Of a DNA stretch of 64,000 nt, positions 1 through 13,250 are shown piece by piece. Below the pieces are notes generated by a model, which was not told where the DNA came from, did no database searches, and saw only the letters and a list, made by a program, of their open reading frames with translations. Within the stretch, counting starts at the first letter, position 1, and the number at the start of each line of letters is the position of its first letter. The stretch covers positions 169,074,001 through 169,138,000 of the forward strand of contig NC_042998.1 of the NCBI RefSeq assembly GCF_006345805.1, written 5' to 3'. The position numbers were made by a program, and so were the translations under genes. Source of the DNA: Octopus sinensis (lineage: Eukaryota).

Positions 1-292
1 ACACACATAAACAGAGAAGGAGGTGGTGGAAAGAACGAGATATCCATTAAAACACTTGATGTCAAATAAGACAGCCTCGAATTCGAATGCGCGGCGCCAA
101 AACATTTCATACTCTTGCGTCCAACACTCTAATGCGTCTACCATCTCACAACATTTAGATCCATTTCTAAAAACGGAAAGCTAACGAAATGGACGCCCTT
201 GGTCATAGATTTCTAGATGATGGCAGGGCAGAAGCTAAACAATACCAACAACAGTATGCATGATATTCGAAAATTAACAAGTCTCGACTTAC

Positions 293-347
293 CTTTTCTG
301 ATGTTGATATGCAACTACAATCCTTCTCAAGAATCAACTTTCTCTAT
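293..347 (-). other. Candidate non-coding (5'UTR or lncRNA) exon, 55 nt
   Basis: Minus strand reads atattttcag|ATAGAG...CAGAAAAG|gtaagt, a consensus acceptor and donor. All three frames contain stops. Splice-site pattern only. Confidence 0.35.
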
Positions 348-1310
348 CTGAAAATATATTCACAAACACACGTATAAGTTTCGCTTACGTGACTATAGTG
401 CGTTTCAAACCTACTAAAGTAACAAACGTTTAAAGACATCTTTTGAAAATAAATTACAATTCGTTATTTACCCAGACGTACAAACATCAATAACAACTAC
501 AGCACATACATAAAGGTTGTGTCAAAAGCATTGCAAAAGGGGCTACATCATTTTTATTAACTGGGTCCTCAACCGTCGCTACGCTACCGGTAAAATTATT
601 TGTTAATCATGCACATACCTTCTTTTGATAGTAGACTGTTATATAGTGAAATTCTTGTTAGTTACTTTTATGACAACACTACCTATCTATCTATCTCTCA
701 TACACGCACACACATTCCCTCTTTCTCTCTCTCTCTCTCTCCCTCTATCTCTCTCTATATATATATTTATCTATCTCCCTCTCCTCTCTTTCTCTCTCTT
801 TCTCTCTCCCTCTCTCTCTCCCTCTCTCTTTCTCTCTCCCCCTCTCTCTCTCCTTCTTTCTCCCTCACTGAATTTCTCTCTCAGCAACAAAAACGTCATT
901 ATAGTGAAAGTCTTTTTTTGAAAAAATACAGAAACACTCAAACACACAGTAATACACACACGCACACACAAACAACAAAACAGATAACTGTCAATGTTTT
1001 TATGAAGTTAAAGCATTTTCTCAATTTTTGAAGCTGTGTTGCATTGCTTTAAGACTTGCACTTGAAATTTTCCTTGTTAGCTGCTATATATTTCCTTGTT
1101 AGTTGCTATATTGATAACACTACCTATCTATCTATCTTCCACATACACACACACTCCCTCCTTTTCTCTCTCTTTATCTCATTATCTCACTGTATTTCTC
1201 CCTCAACAATAACTTTTCTCCTCCCCTATTTTCCTCCCTTCTTTCCTTTCTTTACATATATCTTGTGATGGACAGACAGACGGAGATCAGCATAACACAA
1301 GATAGACATA

Positions 1311-2100
1311 GTACATTGAAATTTCACATGTCGGCAGATTATACTGCTTAACACAGTGTCGATTAGAAGTGGTACAAACTGCAAATCTTCTTGGAAAAAA
1401 ATTCAGGTGTGCACTGTTATGCCCAATACTTCACAGCCACTTTCACATCCTCTGAATCAACAAATCGTTGTTTCCGAAGATTGTCCTTCAATGGGCCAAA
1501 TAAGTGGAAATCAGAGGGCGCAAGATCTAACTTTGCGGTCGATGGCATACCACTAACCAGCACTAGTTTTCCCATTGTCTGATTTATTACCAAACATTTT
1601 GTTGTCATGGTAAATATGAATCATTTTAAAATTCTTGTTCGGTGTCTTCCTTTTCGTAGCTTCTCTAAGCTTTTTAGGTGTATAAATGTACCACTCGTTG
1701 TCTTCTGGCTGTACGCTCGATATCAGCTAGCTGTCCCCTGTACAGCCACGTTCTAGAACACCAATGAGAATGACACCCTTGTCATCCCCAAAACTAGTCC
1801 CCATGGCTTTTTGTACTGATCGTTGGTTCTTGAACACTTTAGACCTTGGAGATAATATGTGATGTCATTCCATAGACTGGGCTTTTTTTTTCGAATTATA
1901 AAGATACGCCCATATTTCACCTCCTAACACCAACTCGGCCTTAAAAAAAAACACTTTTCTGCAGATCAGAGCAATCTTCTGCCAATCATTCACTCAAATT
2001 CAGAGTCATTTATCAATGTATCCACTTTGAAACTTTCAGATGTTCCAAGATTTTCATTATTAGTGTCAATGATTGCAACTGATCATCTCTCACAGCTTAG
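1311..2100 (-). mobile_element. Decayed mariner transposase fragment
   Basis: Minus-strand peptides LDLAPSDFHLFGPLKDNLRKQRF (SPDLAPSDY motif), VFKNQRSVQKAMGTSFGDDKGVILIGVLERG and AQSMEW; broken by frameshifts and stops. Confidence 0.8.
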
Positions 2101-2827
2101 TTTGTATCTAATGCTGATTTTACCTCCTCTAAAATTCAGTTTTCATCAGTGCGCATTGCTCTTGCCAATGGTGTCATCTCTGTAAAGAACCTGAAGCCTT
2201 CTGTGGATACCGAACAACCTGCACCCCTCCATCGTCAAGAACCTAATGAGGGCTCGTCAGCTTGGAACCCATTACACTGTGTAACATGATTTTTATCCTT
2301 GGGTAGCAACTGTTATTTCCAATTTGCTTAGCCCCAGAAAGCATGAAAAATGATTAATATTTCCTTCAAACTTTTCTTTTGTTACATTTATTCAAAACCC
2401 AAATAATCCTTCTCAACACTATGATGCTCCCCCACTACCCCTGCTCATGATCAGAGATGTACATATTGTGAGCCACTAAAGGATATGCTCGAGTGGTTAA
2501 GGTCAAGCAACTGACAAGCAAATCTATCGTATTGAGCAGAATATTTACTATAACGATATTTTTGTTTCAGCAACTCAGTGCTGAATATTTCTGACCAGGT
2601 CAGTTTCAAAACACTGATGTCCAGGTTAACGTTTTGAGTTCAAATTCCGCTGAGGTCAACTTTGCTTTTCATCATTTTCGGAGTCAATAAAATAAGTACC
2701 AATTAAATAGTGGGACCGATGCAATCGACTAGTTCCTTCCACAAAAATTTCAGGCCCTGTGCCTATAGAGGAAGGCTTACTTTTGTTATTAAAGACAAAT
2801 TTTATCTGCTAATATTTAGGAGAGTAT

Positions 2828-2980
2828 GGCGGCGAGCTGGCAGAATCGTTAGCACGCAGGGCAAAATGCTTAGCGGCATTTCGTTCGTCTTTACGTTCTG
2901 ATTCAAATTCCGCCGAGATTGACTTTTACACCCTCCCCACGAAATTGCTAGCCTTGTACCAAAATTTGAAATCAATATTT
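2828..2980 (+). mobile_element. tRNA-headed SINE family A, internally deleted, tail type C
   Basis: Head ggcggcgagctggcagaatcgttagcacg...ttcaaattccgccgag and tail gccttgtaccaaaatttgaaatc; many copies in the window. Confidence 0.8.
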
Positions 2981-4222
2981 GGTACAGTAATATTTTTTAG
3001 ATTTCTTTTCCTTATCCTTGAATTCTTTTAAAAAAATTTCAATTTAAAGTAAAATTAATATTTTCGGTTTAGAATCCGCTTCTCCGTTCAATACTAAATG
3101 GAATGCCTCATGAATTATAAATCATAAATAATTAGATGTTTTAAATTAGGGGTATGTGTAGTAGTTATTCTGCTTTAATCTCTTAATTCCTTTAAATCCT
3201 TATTGATTTAATACTCTCAACCAGAAATAATCACATCTAATGTATAAAATATAACCCTTAAGCTATCTTTTCTTTCACTTTAATAATAATAGTAGTCAAT
3301 TTTCCTATCTTACTAAATTTTTTTAAGTTGTAAACCCTTCTCACGAAAACATTTTTTTAATTATATAATTATTTTCGTGCTAATTTTTCATTATTTTCCA
3401 TTGAACGACGAAGACGACGACGACGACGACAACGTCGTCGACGATGACTACGATGATGATGATGATGACAAGTAATTTTATAACTCGAGAACTCCCACTC
3501 ATTCATTTATATATTTATATATTTATTCATTTAGTAATCTGTACTTCTTGTATTCAATTACATATACCTACTTTCAATTTACTGCTCAATATTCCATACT
3601 GGATAGTGATAAATCTGAGAACCATAACTGACTGAGAACCATAAATAACTATCAGATGATGAAATATAATTTGAGAGAGATGTAGCTGCAATTTCTAGCA
3701 TGTCGAACGCCCATCTGCGTGTGTTTGAGTATTTATAGAGAGAGAGAGAGAAAGAGAGAGAGACTAGATGGTATATCATAAGTGCGATAGAATTAAAGCA
3801 TTTCATATTGCATTCAGTTAATAAGACATTGTTTCACTGATTTCATCGTGAAATAAAAGTTGTTGTTTCAGTCCTATTACGTATTGTTATTACGTGTAAA
3901 GCGAAAGCTTGTCTAGCTTCTTTATATCAGGAAACTCTAAAATAATTTGCTTGGAGTAGCTTCGGAAGACAAAGTTATGACCCCAGTCTGCTCCAAAAAC
4001 AATTGCATATGTATTATGTTGCATACTGTGCAATAGTAAACATTGCTTTACATGTTTTCTTACTTTATAGACAATAAAAATGGCTCCTAGGTTATTTTCG
4101 GTTTAACAGACATTCGGTAGTTACGGTCATTAATTCATCAAATCGAAAATTCTCTCAATCACTCAGCACATATATCTACATACTTACATACATATAGCCA
4201 GACATTTAGATAGGTAGATAGG

Positions 4223-4284
<62 letters not shown>

Positions 4285-4298
4285 CATACATACATACA

Positions 4299-4394
<96 letters not shown>

Positions 4395-4396
<2 letters not shown>

Positions 4397-4573
4397 GGGG
4401 GAATTCACAAAAACGAAATGACGAAGAGAGGTAGTGTAGACAACAAGCAGATGTATTAGTATAACGCTCGGGAAGTGAAAAAGTCTTTAACGTTTCGAGC
4501 CTACGCTCTTTCCCAGAAAGAGACAAGGAGGGAAAATAAAGAATGTGTAGTGGCTAGCGATCTATCATGGCGA
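4395..4573 (-). mobile_element. Penelope-like element terminus with hammerhead-like motif
   Basis: Same sequence as 44238-44440 (+) and 34200-34330 (-); the latter is linked to a GIY-YIG ORF. Confidence 0.7.
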
Positions 4574-4586
4574 ATATATATATATT

Positions 4587-4917
4587 GTCAATCGGTTTAC
4601 ATAGTCGGTCCACTGATCGGCTGAGAAAAACTGGACAGTCGTCTACTATATCACTGTGTAAAAGACCAGTCTAACTAGGAATACAGCCTGAATTTACAAT
4701 ATAGAATGGTGATGAACTATAAACTGCAATTATGTTGAAATTTAGACACAATATTAGCATTTATTGCAAATATACAAATGAGTAACTTGTATTGTTTAAT
4801 TTATTTTATGGTAATAGATATTTTTTCTTTTGAAAATTAGTATATTAGAGTGATATAGAAGACGGCCGTTCAGTTTTTCTCAGCCGATCAGTGGATCGAT
4901 TGCGTAAACCGATCAAC
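4587..4917. mobile_element. MITE-like element with ~69-bp terminal inverted repeats
   Basis: 4587-4655 is the reverse complement of 4849-4917 (shared core ccactgatcggctgagaaaaactg); AT-rich spacer. Confidence 0.65.
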
Positions 4918-5180
4918 GAACTAATCTATAATGACAATCGGAAACAGCTGTAAGTCGAACTTACTACAATAAAAGAATATGTAATGACCATTATTTATAA
5001 CATGTCTTTTTTATACATAACCCTACTGCTACTTTATCACCTCTTGCCTAGTTTATCCTACTTAAACTATAGTTTTCTCTGAGAGTGTGTGTCATTTGCC
5101 ACCTTGAGTTTCCTTGAATAAATTCCTCAAGCAAAATCGCTATGTCTTTTAGTTTTTTGTGGGGGGTTTTCGCCTGGAGC

Positions 5181-5815
5181 TAGTGGTGGCTCGTAGATAA
5201 AATTAGTAGGGGTGCTGCTTCAGAAAATTTTTAGCCGTTATTTTAATATTGTGTAAAAGGAAACAAACATATAAAAAGAAAATTTTTACATAAACTTGAT
5301 CGGTTCGCGTTTTAGCCACTGCCGGGTAGTGTGTTTAATTTGTTCACTGAACACCGCCGCAAATTACACCTTGTTTTTCAAAAATTTCTCCTAAATCACA
5401 AAATAAGTGGGGTAAATGTGCCCTATTTTTCAAATCCTGGCAGCAACACTGAAGCTGGAATTCTACACTTTATCACATTCAAGAATATAAACACGCACAA
5501 AAAGAAACACCCGGCACTGTCGTTCACGCAGTGCTCTCTCTCTCTCTCTCGTGTGAAGCTTCCTATCTCGGACATGTGAGCATGTGCACAACGGCCAAAC
5601 ACCGCGTCGCTGGAACTGTGAAGCGCACATTTTTGTATTTTTGTCATAAATTAGGGGATGGCTACTGACATTAAGCTTAAGGATTATAAAATGTACAAGT
5701 ATAAAGAAAGAATTAGAGAAAAAAAAAGAACTCATTATATTGAATGTTATCGATAATATCGAGTGGAAATAGGGGGTGCTACAGTTCTGCAGTTCCTATA
5801 CATGAACCGCCACTA
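5181..5815. mobile_element. Non-autonomous hAT element
   Basis: TIRs TAGTGGTGGCTC / TAGTGGCGGTTC; 8-bp TSD cctggagc (5173-5180) / cctggaac (5816-5823). Confidence 0.75.
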
Positions 5816-6636
5816 CCTGGAACCTACCTACGTTTAAAGGTTCCTTCTGGTGTGCGACACAGGTTAAGATGTTGTCATCACTCTCGCCATTTACGTTGTA
5901 GCAATATCTCAATATTTTCAATTGCATTTAGCAAAGAAAGCGTCTACTGGATCTTTGGTCATCATTTATTCAATTATGTACTAGTCGGAGTGGTGTCCTC
6001 ATCTTGGTTGCTGCTTTCACTGCATTTCCGCAATATACATTCCAACCTGTCTCAAGTGTATTATGATTCACCCTAATGCCTTGCCTGAGATTAAACTCAG
6101 AACCTCTAGGCGACTGTACAGCATTAACTAGCACCTTTATTCATTGCGCTATGCCCGAAGACAGTGTCAGGCTTATAAACCGAAACTGATATCTTATGTC
6201 GGCTCTGTACCGACATTTGGTCTCCTCCATAACTGAAGATACAAATGAGGTGGTAACACCGAGTCCTGTGTTGTTTCAGTATACAAGTCCCTTTGAGAAA
6301 TTTCTCCGAGACAAAATATTAAAGCTAGCGTCGTTCACGTTTGTATATACATTCAAAATATTAGATGCAACGTGATATTATGATGTAACTCATACTTTTA
6401 GTATATAACTAGGAATTCTCTCCAATGAATTTTGTCTTGCTTTTCTATAACACTGAATGAATACAATATTGAACAAAACATGTTCTTATTTTCTGTTCTG
6501 ACACTGTAATTATTGGGGACGATAGGCCGGCAGCAACACAAATAGAAGTCTTTCTGTAGTAAATATTATTGAACATAGATACAAAATAATCATAAGCTAC
6601 TTTTCCCGTAGCTTTGGCGTGTCTCGTTCTTCTTAA

Positions 6637-6689
<53 letters not shown>

Positions 6690-6694
6690 TCTCT

Positions 6695-6736
<42 letters not shown>

Positions 6737-6746
6737 ATCTTCTCTC

Positions 6747-6786
<40 letters not shown>

Positions 6787-7056
6787 ATCTTTCTCTCACC
6801 TTCTCTCTCTCTCTCTCTCTCTCTATTTCTGCTTGTGTACGCGTGTGCGTGTGATTATATCACTGTTACCTGGTTATCTCTTTCTCTCTCACACTCACAC
6901 AGCAATATACACATGCATACATATACATACTACAACACATACATACATACATACATACATACTACATGCATACATACATACATATACATACATACATACA
7001 TACATGCATACATGCATACATACATACATACATACATACATACATACATACATACA

Positions 7057-7092
<36 letters not shown>

Positions 7093-7094
7093 TA

Positions 7095-7670
7095 TATATA
7101 TGCCAGTCTTAGAAAAACATAGCGGTCGGAACTCTCTTCTTGAAACAAGATAATATCCCACAATGCATTTCAGTACCGATGCTGATTCCAACATTTGGGA
7201 TATTTGACTGCTCTGTAGAGGAAATCCACTCCACAGACGTTAAAATTTGCATGATACTGACATCAAGTGAAAATCTCTACAGAAATAGTGACATCGACAG
7301 GCTCTAAGAAAAGATGGAGGCAGAGGCATGCTATCAGTGCAGACAGTCTTCGAATGTCGTATAGTCTCCTTCAGACAACACCTCCTAAACAACTGCAACA
7401 AAAAGGAATACATTAACTTAGTGCTATAATGTGAAGAGAACAATACCCTACGTGTCGGCAGCGAGCTCCATAGAAAGCACTCTCTTCCTGATGACCTCTC
7501 ATGCAACCCCACAGCAGCTAAACTAACATACTGCAAAGAAAGCCAGGATGTGAAACGCTCAACATACCAAAAAGCTATGCCCGGGTATGTTTCCCGAAGA
7601 CTTGGAAACATAGTAATATCGATATGAAATACAGCCGCTCTTGGACATTACATCACGCTAACCTCTTGGC
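7095..7670 (+). mobile_element. R4/Dong-like non-LTR retrotransposon fragment
   Basis: Frameshifted peptides NKIISHNAF.VPMLIPTFGI and NLYRNSDIDRL..RKDGGRGMLSVQ, the motif series also seen at 41.4-41.7 kb. Confidence 0.7.
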
Positions 7671-7710
7671 CACGCGCCTTCACCTCGTGTGTGTGTGTGT
7701 GTGCGCGCGC

Positions 7711-7842
7711 GTGTAATAAGAATAATAAGGAGTAAAAGGGGTTAATAAATCCAGGTAGATATCTATAAAACAGTCATTGTTGAACGAATTTGGTTAACTA
7801 TAGCTAAAATCCAGATATCATTAAATACATACATACGCGTGT

Positions 7843-7917
<75 letters not shown>

Positions 7918-8043
7918 GTAATAAGAATAATAAGAAGTAAAAGGGGGTTAATAAATCCAGGTAGATATCTATAAAACAGTCATTGTTGAACGAATTTGGT
8001 TAACTATAGCTAAAAACCAGATATCATTAAATACATACATACG
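7711..8043. repeat. Local tandem duplication of a ~127-bp unit between (TG)n tracts
   Basis: 7711-7837 and 7916-8043 match with about 3 differences. Confidence 0.9.
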
Positions 8044-8090
8044 TGTGTGTGTGTGTGTGTGTGTGTGTATGCATGTGTATATGTGTGTGC

Positions 8091-8152
<62 letters not shown>

Positions 8153-8359
8153 TGTGTGTGATATACATAGGTCTCTCCAAGACCTATGTTGCAGCGTTAC
8201 TATACAAGACATTATTATTGTGTGTTGAAATTACAGCCCCTCAAAAATTTTATAAACCATTAATCGTCCAGTGTGATCTTGGCACAGTGTTTAAGAGTGT
8301 TGACATGAAATGAAGCGTTCATCATTCTAATTCGACTTGGGAAAGAGAATTGTGAGGAT

Positions 8360-9160
8360 ATACAGGATACCGAATGTTGAACAGAAACTGAGCACTAAAA
8401 ATCAAGATAACTTTATTTCTATGGTAGGTATAAGGCCTAAAATTCTAATGGAGGTGGAATCTACATGAGTAATAATGCAACATTCCCTGTACATATTGCC
8501 AACATGGTAACATTGTGCAGGCGAGTAGCTGGGTGGATTCTTCTATCAGTCAGAACCAAAGATAAGGATACCTTGCTACTCCTAATTACATTCCCCAACA
8601 GTGGTCGCTGCAGGGCATCAAACTGGTGGCGGAACTTTAGTCAGTCCAGCACCACTACACAAAAAAGATTGACTCGGTGAAACAGATCAGCTACAAGGAG
8701 AGGCTACAAGAACTGAAACTCTACTCACTGGAGATAAGGCGAGAACGATGTGCAGTGATATTCGTATGGAAGATCCTGGAAGGTCTACCCGCCAACTTTG
8801 GGATTAAAGATTATACCAACCACCGAACTAGACGGCACTGCATAATACAAAAGATTCCGTCTTTTTCATCTCGGAGTAGGAGCCAGTACTGCAACAGCTT
8901 GGGTTTCAGGGGACCACAACTGTTTAAACAACCTCAGAGATTTTCGAGGTGAAGATGAGGAGACCATCAAAAAGCAATTGCACCTATTTTCATCTGAAAT
9001 CCCAGATGAAACCACATCGCGGCAGGAGACACAAAGAAGAGCAGCTCTTCCCACGCGTTTCATCACCAAAAATAGTACAAAAGGGAAACCCCAAAACACT
9101 GAAAGGCGGTGCTCCAACATGGCCCTAGTCTTTAGCTGAAACTAGTAAAGGATAAAAGAT
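8360..9160 (+). mobile_element. CR1-like LINE 3' portion (RT C-terminus and tail)
   Basis: GIYMSNNATFPVHIANMVTLCRRVAGWIL and SYKERLQELKLYSLEIRRER..IFVWKILEGL; related to 48941-50175; tail ggcggtgctccaacatggcc...ctgaaactagtaaaggataaaagat. Confidence 0.85.
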
Positions 9161-9423
9161 AGTGTTAGTCGATTGCATCGACTCCATTGCTCAAGTGGTA
9201 CTTATTTTACTGACCCTGAAAGGATGAAAGGCGAAGCCAACCACGGTGAAACTTGAACTCAGAACGTAAAGGCCCGAAGAAATACTGCTAAGCACTTTTA
9301 CGACTTACAATGATTCTTATAGCTCGAAGTGTATCTAAAAACGCACCAATGCTTCTGGCAGCTCGAAATATAGCTAAACTCCTTGTCTGTATGCGGATCT
9401 TTTTAGAAATACGCGCGCGCGCA

Positions 9424-9459
<36 letters not shown>

Positions 9460-9912
9460 CGCGCATACGTCTGTATTGTATAAGTATTGTTGTATTTTGG
9501 AAACAACCTTTCGATAAAGCAACATTGGTTGTTGAAATCCTGTCTTTGTGAACTTTGACTTTCTTACTTTGTGGTAAGTTAAATAAGCACCATTCAAGTA
9601 CTGGTGTCGGTTTAATCGACTGTACCCTCTTCAAAACCATTTCGTCTTCTACTGATGTTAGAAACTAGTATTATGTTATTTTTATTCAATGTTTTAGCCT
9701 TTTCTGTCGCTGTATGGTTGCGTTTGTTTCACAGACCACTTATTACAGCAAAGTCAATTTGGCACTACACGCACAAACGCGCGCGGGCGCCCACACACAC
9801 ATACATATACACACACACACTCACACACACTCAAACACACACACTCACACACAAACTCAAACGCGCGCATGCACACACACGCGTGTGTGTATATATATAT
9901 TATATACGCATG

Positions 9913-10014
<102 letters not shown>

Positions 10015-10091
10015 TGTATGTATGTAATAATAGAAATGGTAAGACAACAAAAGAATGAAAGAGACCTCAATATCATGTAAATAGAGGAATT

Positions 10092-10298
10092 TATCTGTAA
10101 ATGTAATATGTGACAATTATTCAGTAGCCATGATAAAACTCCGACTTTCGAATGTCGTGGTGGAAATCCACGCCGCCATCTCTTCAGTTATCCCTGTAAT
10201 ATGTGAAGAGATGCCGGCGTGGATTTCCACCCCGAAATCCGAAACTCGGAGTTTTATCATGGCTACCGAATAATTGTCATATATTACAATTACAGATA
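10092..10298. repeat. Long palindrome (95-bp arms, 17-nt loop)
   Basis: 10092-10186 is the near-perfect reverse complement of 10204-10298; TA dinucleotide at both ends. Confidence 0.9.
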
Positions 10299-10568
10299 TA
10301 TATATATGTATATTTGGAGAAAGAAATGTTCTCAAAGAGTTAAGATTGAGAAAAAAAACCTTTTTAGAAAGTCGAAATACACTAACTTTTGGGAAGAGAT
10401 TTCACAAATTGTGTGTAGGCTTTGCTTTTATAGATGTGCAATTGCTTTCAGTTCTTGACGTTTTCAAGATTAGTGTCTTTCATATTATAACTGTATCAAG
10501 GAATTTCCAAAACATTCTTGCGTTCTTGTCCCACTTTGTAATTTATATTTTATATTTTATATTTGATT

Positions 10569-10602
<34 letters not shown>

Positions 10603-10788
10603 GTTATATCGTTATATTTGGGGATTTCATATTTTTGCCAATCAACGCGCTCTATACTTGGTCTTCACTTTAGCTTTATTCTCATTTTTATTTTAGTCTG
10701 AAATATTCTGTCACACTTCCTGTTACCTCTTCAGAGACTCTACATCCCACTTCGTCGATCTTGTTCTGCTTAATCCATTCTCTATTTA

Positions 10789-12186
10789 TAGTCATGGCCA
10801 GAATGGATGACTTACTACATGTTTTAACTTTATAAATAAGAGATCGAATATTTCCTATGAAAATACTTTTTAATCAGTAAGAAATTAACATCTTTCCGAA
10901 ATTCTGATTTAATATTATAAGAAATGAACATCAGATGGTCCTTACAGAATCAGTATTTCATATGTAGTCCTTTGTTGTGAATCACGGCGTCAATTCTTTG
11001 GGGGTATTGATGAGCACAATTTTTTGCAAAAACCAGGTATTATCAAATTTCTTTGATGGCATTTTTCAATTCCGATAGTGACGTTGGATTACGAGCGGTT
11101 ACTTTCGGTTTCAGAATAACCCAACAATGCTCTAATGGGTTGAGATCGGGGAGTTTCCTAGCCACGGACCCAAGATCTCATACCCATAATTGTTCAGCCA
11201 CTACTTTACTGATCTTGTCTGATAGCATGGAGTCCTATCATGCTGGAAGTGTGTGCACTGCTTGAGCTCCGTAAATGGTGGGACTTTCGTTTGCAGAATT
11301 TCAAAGTAATGAGTTACCTTGATAGTTGCACATGAACAACAATCCACATCTTCCATCAGCACAAATAGCTCCCCACACCATAACTTTTGGAGCATTTTTA
11401 ACACTTGGCATAACGTAGCGAGAATTATCCCTTCGCTTAGGTCTTCTCACATGTCTGCAAAAGGCATAAAATTGTGACACCTGCGTTTCATCCGAAAAAC
11501 ATAATTCGTTTCCATTGTTTCACTGACCAATTTCTATACTTTTGGCAAAATACCAAACGATCAGCAATATTTTTCGAGGTTAGACTTGGTTTCCTTGAAG
11601 ATTTGTAGAACTTAAGGCTGGCATCAAATAATTTGCACGAACTGTCATTTGGCTAGGAACTTTGTCTTTTGGCGGTAGACCAGCTTGAATAGCTTCAGAA
11701 GACTTTCTGAGTGACATTTTGGCGGCTGGAATGATAGCATCGTCCACTCGCATGATGGTGGGTTTTGGGTGACCCGTAGGTTTAGCAAATCCATATTTTC
11801 CAGTAGATTTCGAGTTTTCATTGACTTTGAAACAATTCTCTGTGCCAATTTCAATCTTTCACCAACATGTCGAGTGCTGTATCCTTCTTCGTATAGAATA
11901 TTTATCTGAGTATGACTTCCCGGCAAAATTCTTCGAGCAGGCATTCTTTACAACGACAGGAAAATGATTAAGAAGAATGAGTTGTCATACGATATTTTAG
12001 TGACAGCTTATCAGAGATTGGATCAGTTAATCAGAGCACATCATCCAGTGAGGGTTCAGTAATCATGCAGAAAACACGTTAACACTGAGAGAAGAGAAAA
12101 CAAATTTGAACAATCGACTAGTGATTATAAATAGCATCATTGTGATGAATTCTTCTTTATAAGTCAGTGAGTCATCCATTCTGACC
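10789..12186 (-). mobile_element. Tc1-family transposon, near full length, decayed
   Basis: TIR (t)agtcatggccagaatggatgacttac vs gtgagtcatccattctgacca; peptides INILYEEGYSTRHVGERL, HFQHDRTPC and WLGNSPDLNPLEHCWVILK. Confidence 0.85.
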
Positions 12187-12374
12187 AGATATATATATAT
12201 GTATATATGCATACATGAGCAGTCAGGAAGAGAGTCTAAGACAATGTTGTGCAATCTGGGAAACAAAACAATGCTGTGCATGTAATAATAGTTCGTTCTA
12301 ACACTTTTGGTATTGAAAACCTTGCCACAATTATGCATTTGACAAGTATAAATATACATTGTTTTGTGTGTTTG

Positions 12375-12542
<168 letters not shown>

Positions 12543-12657
12543 TCTTTAATAAGCAGCATTTGAAAATTTGCAGAAAGTGAACAACTAGAGCTTTGAAATA
12601 TAAACAAAATATATGTATAACGCTTAAAAGCAAACGAAATAGATTTTTAATCTCACG

Positions 12658-12713
<56 letters not shown>

Positions 12714-12750
12714 GTACGTACATACATACATACATACATACATACATACA

Positions 12751-12781
<31 letters not shown>

Positions 12782-13250
12782 CATACATCAATGTTAGTTA
12801 ACTGTTAGTTTATTTATAAAATCCTCTTAAAAATCAAAATGCATATTTTTTATAAATTTAATAATTTTGGGGCAGAATATGAATCTCTAATGTTCAAAGT
12901 ATATAAATCCAAAACCGTTTCGACAAAACACGTAACAGAAATGCTTGAGTAAGGATTAAGAAAATCCCTGCTAAAGAGGATAATTGCATTCTTCTTTAGC
13001 AAGATAATTTCTGCAGAAAATAATAACTTTATCACTGTTGCAGTTATTTTTAATTTATATGTTGCACGCATTGTAATACAAAAAAGAATAATTAACTGGA
13101 TATATGTTTGTGTATGTATGTGAACAGGAGAGAGAGAAAAGTGAAGGAAACGGGAAAGCTATATGGACAAAATTAGCTTTTGAAAGCTAATGTGTCGAAA
13201 TTTATTAATGAAGTTGCTAGACAAATAAAAAAGCAAGCTATGTTCTTTTC

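Noticed and set aside
10187-10203. Hairpin loop resembling an I-SceI site or rRNA acagggataac motif
   Set aside because: Match of about 11 nt only, expected by chance.
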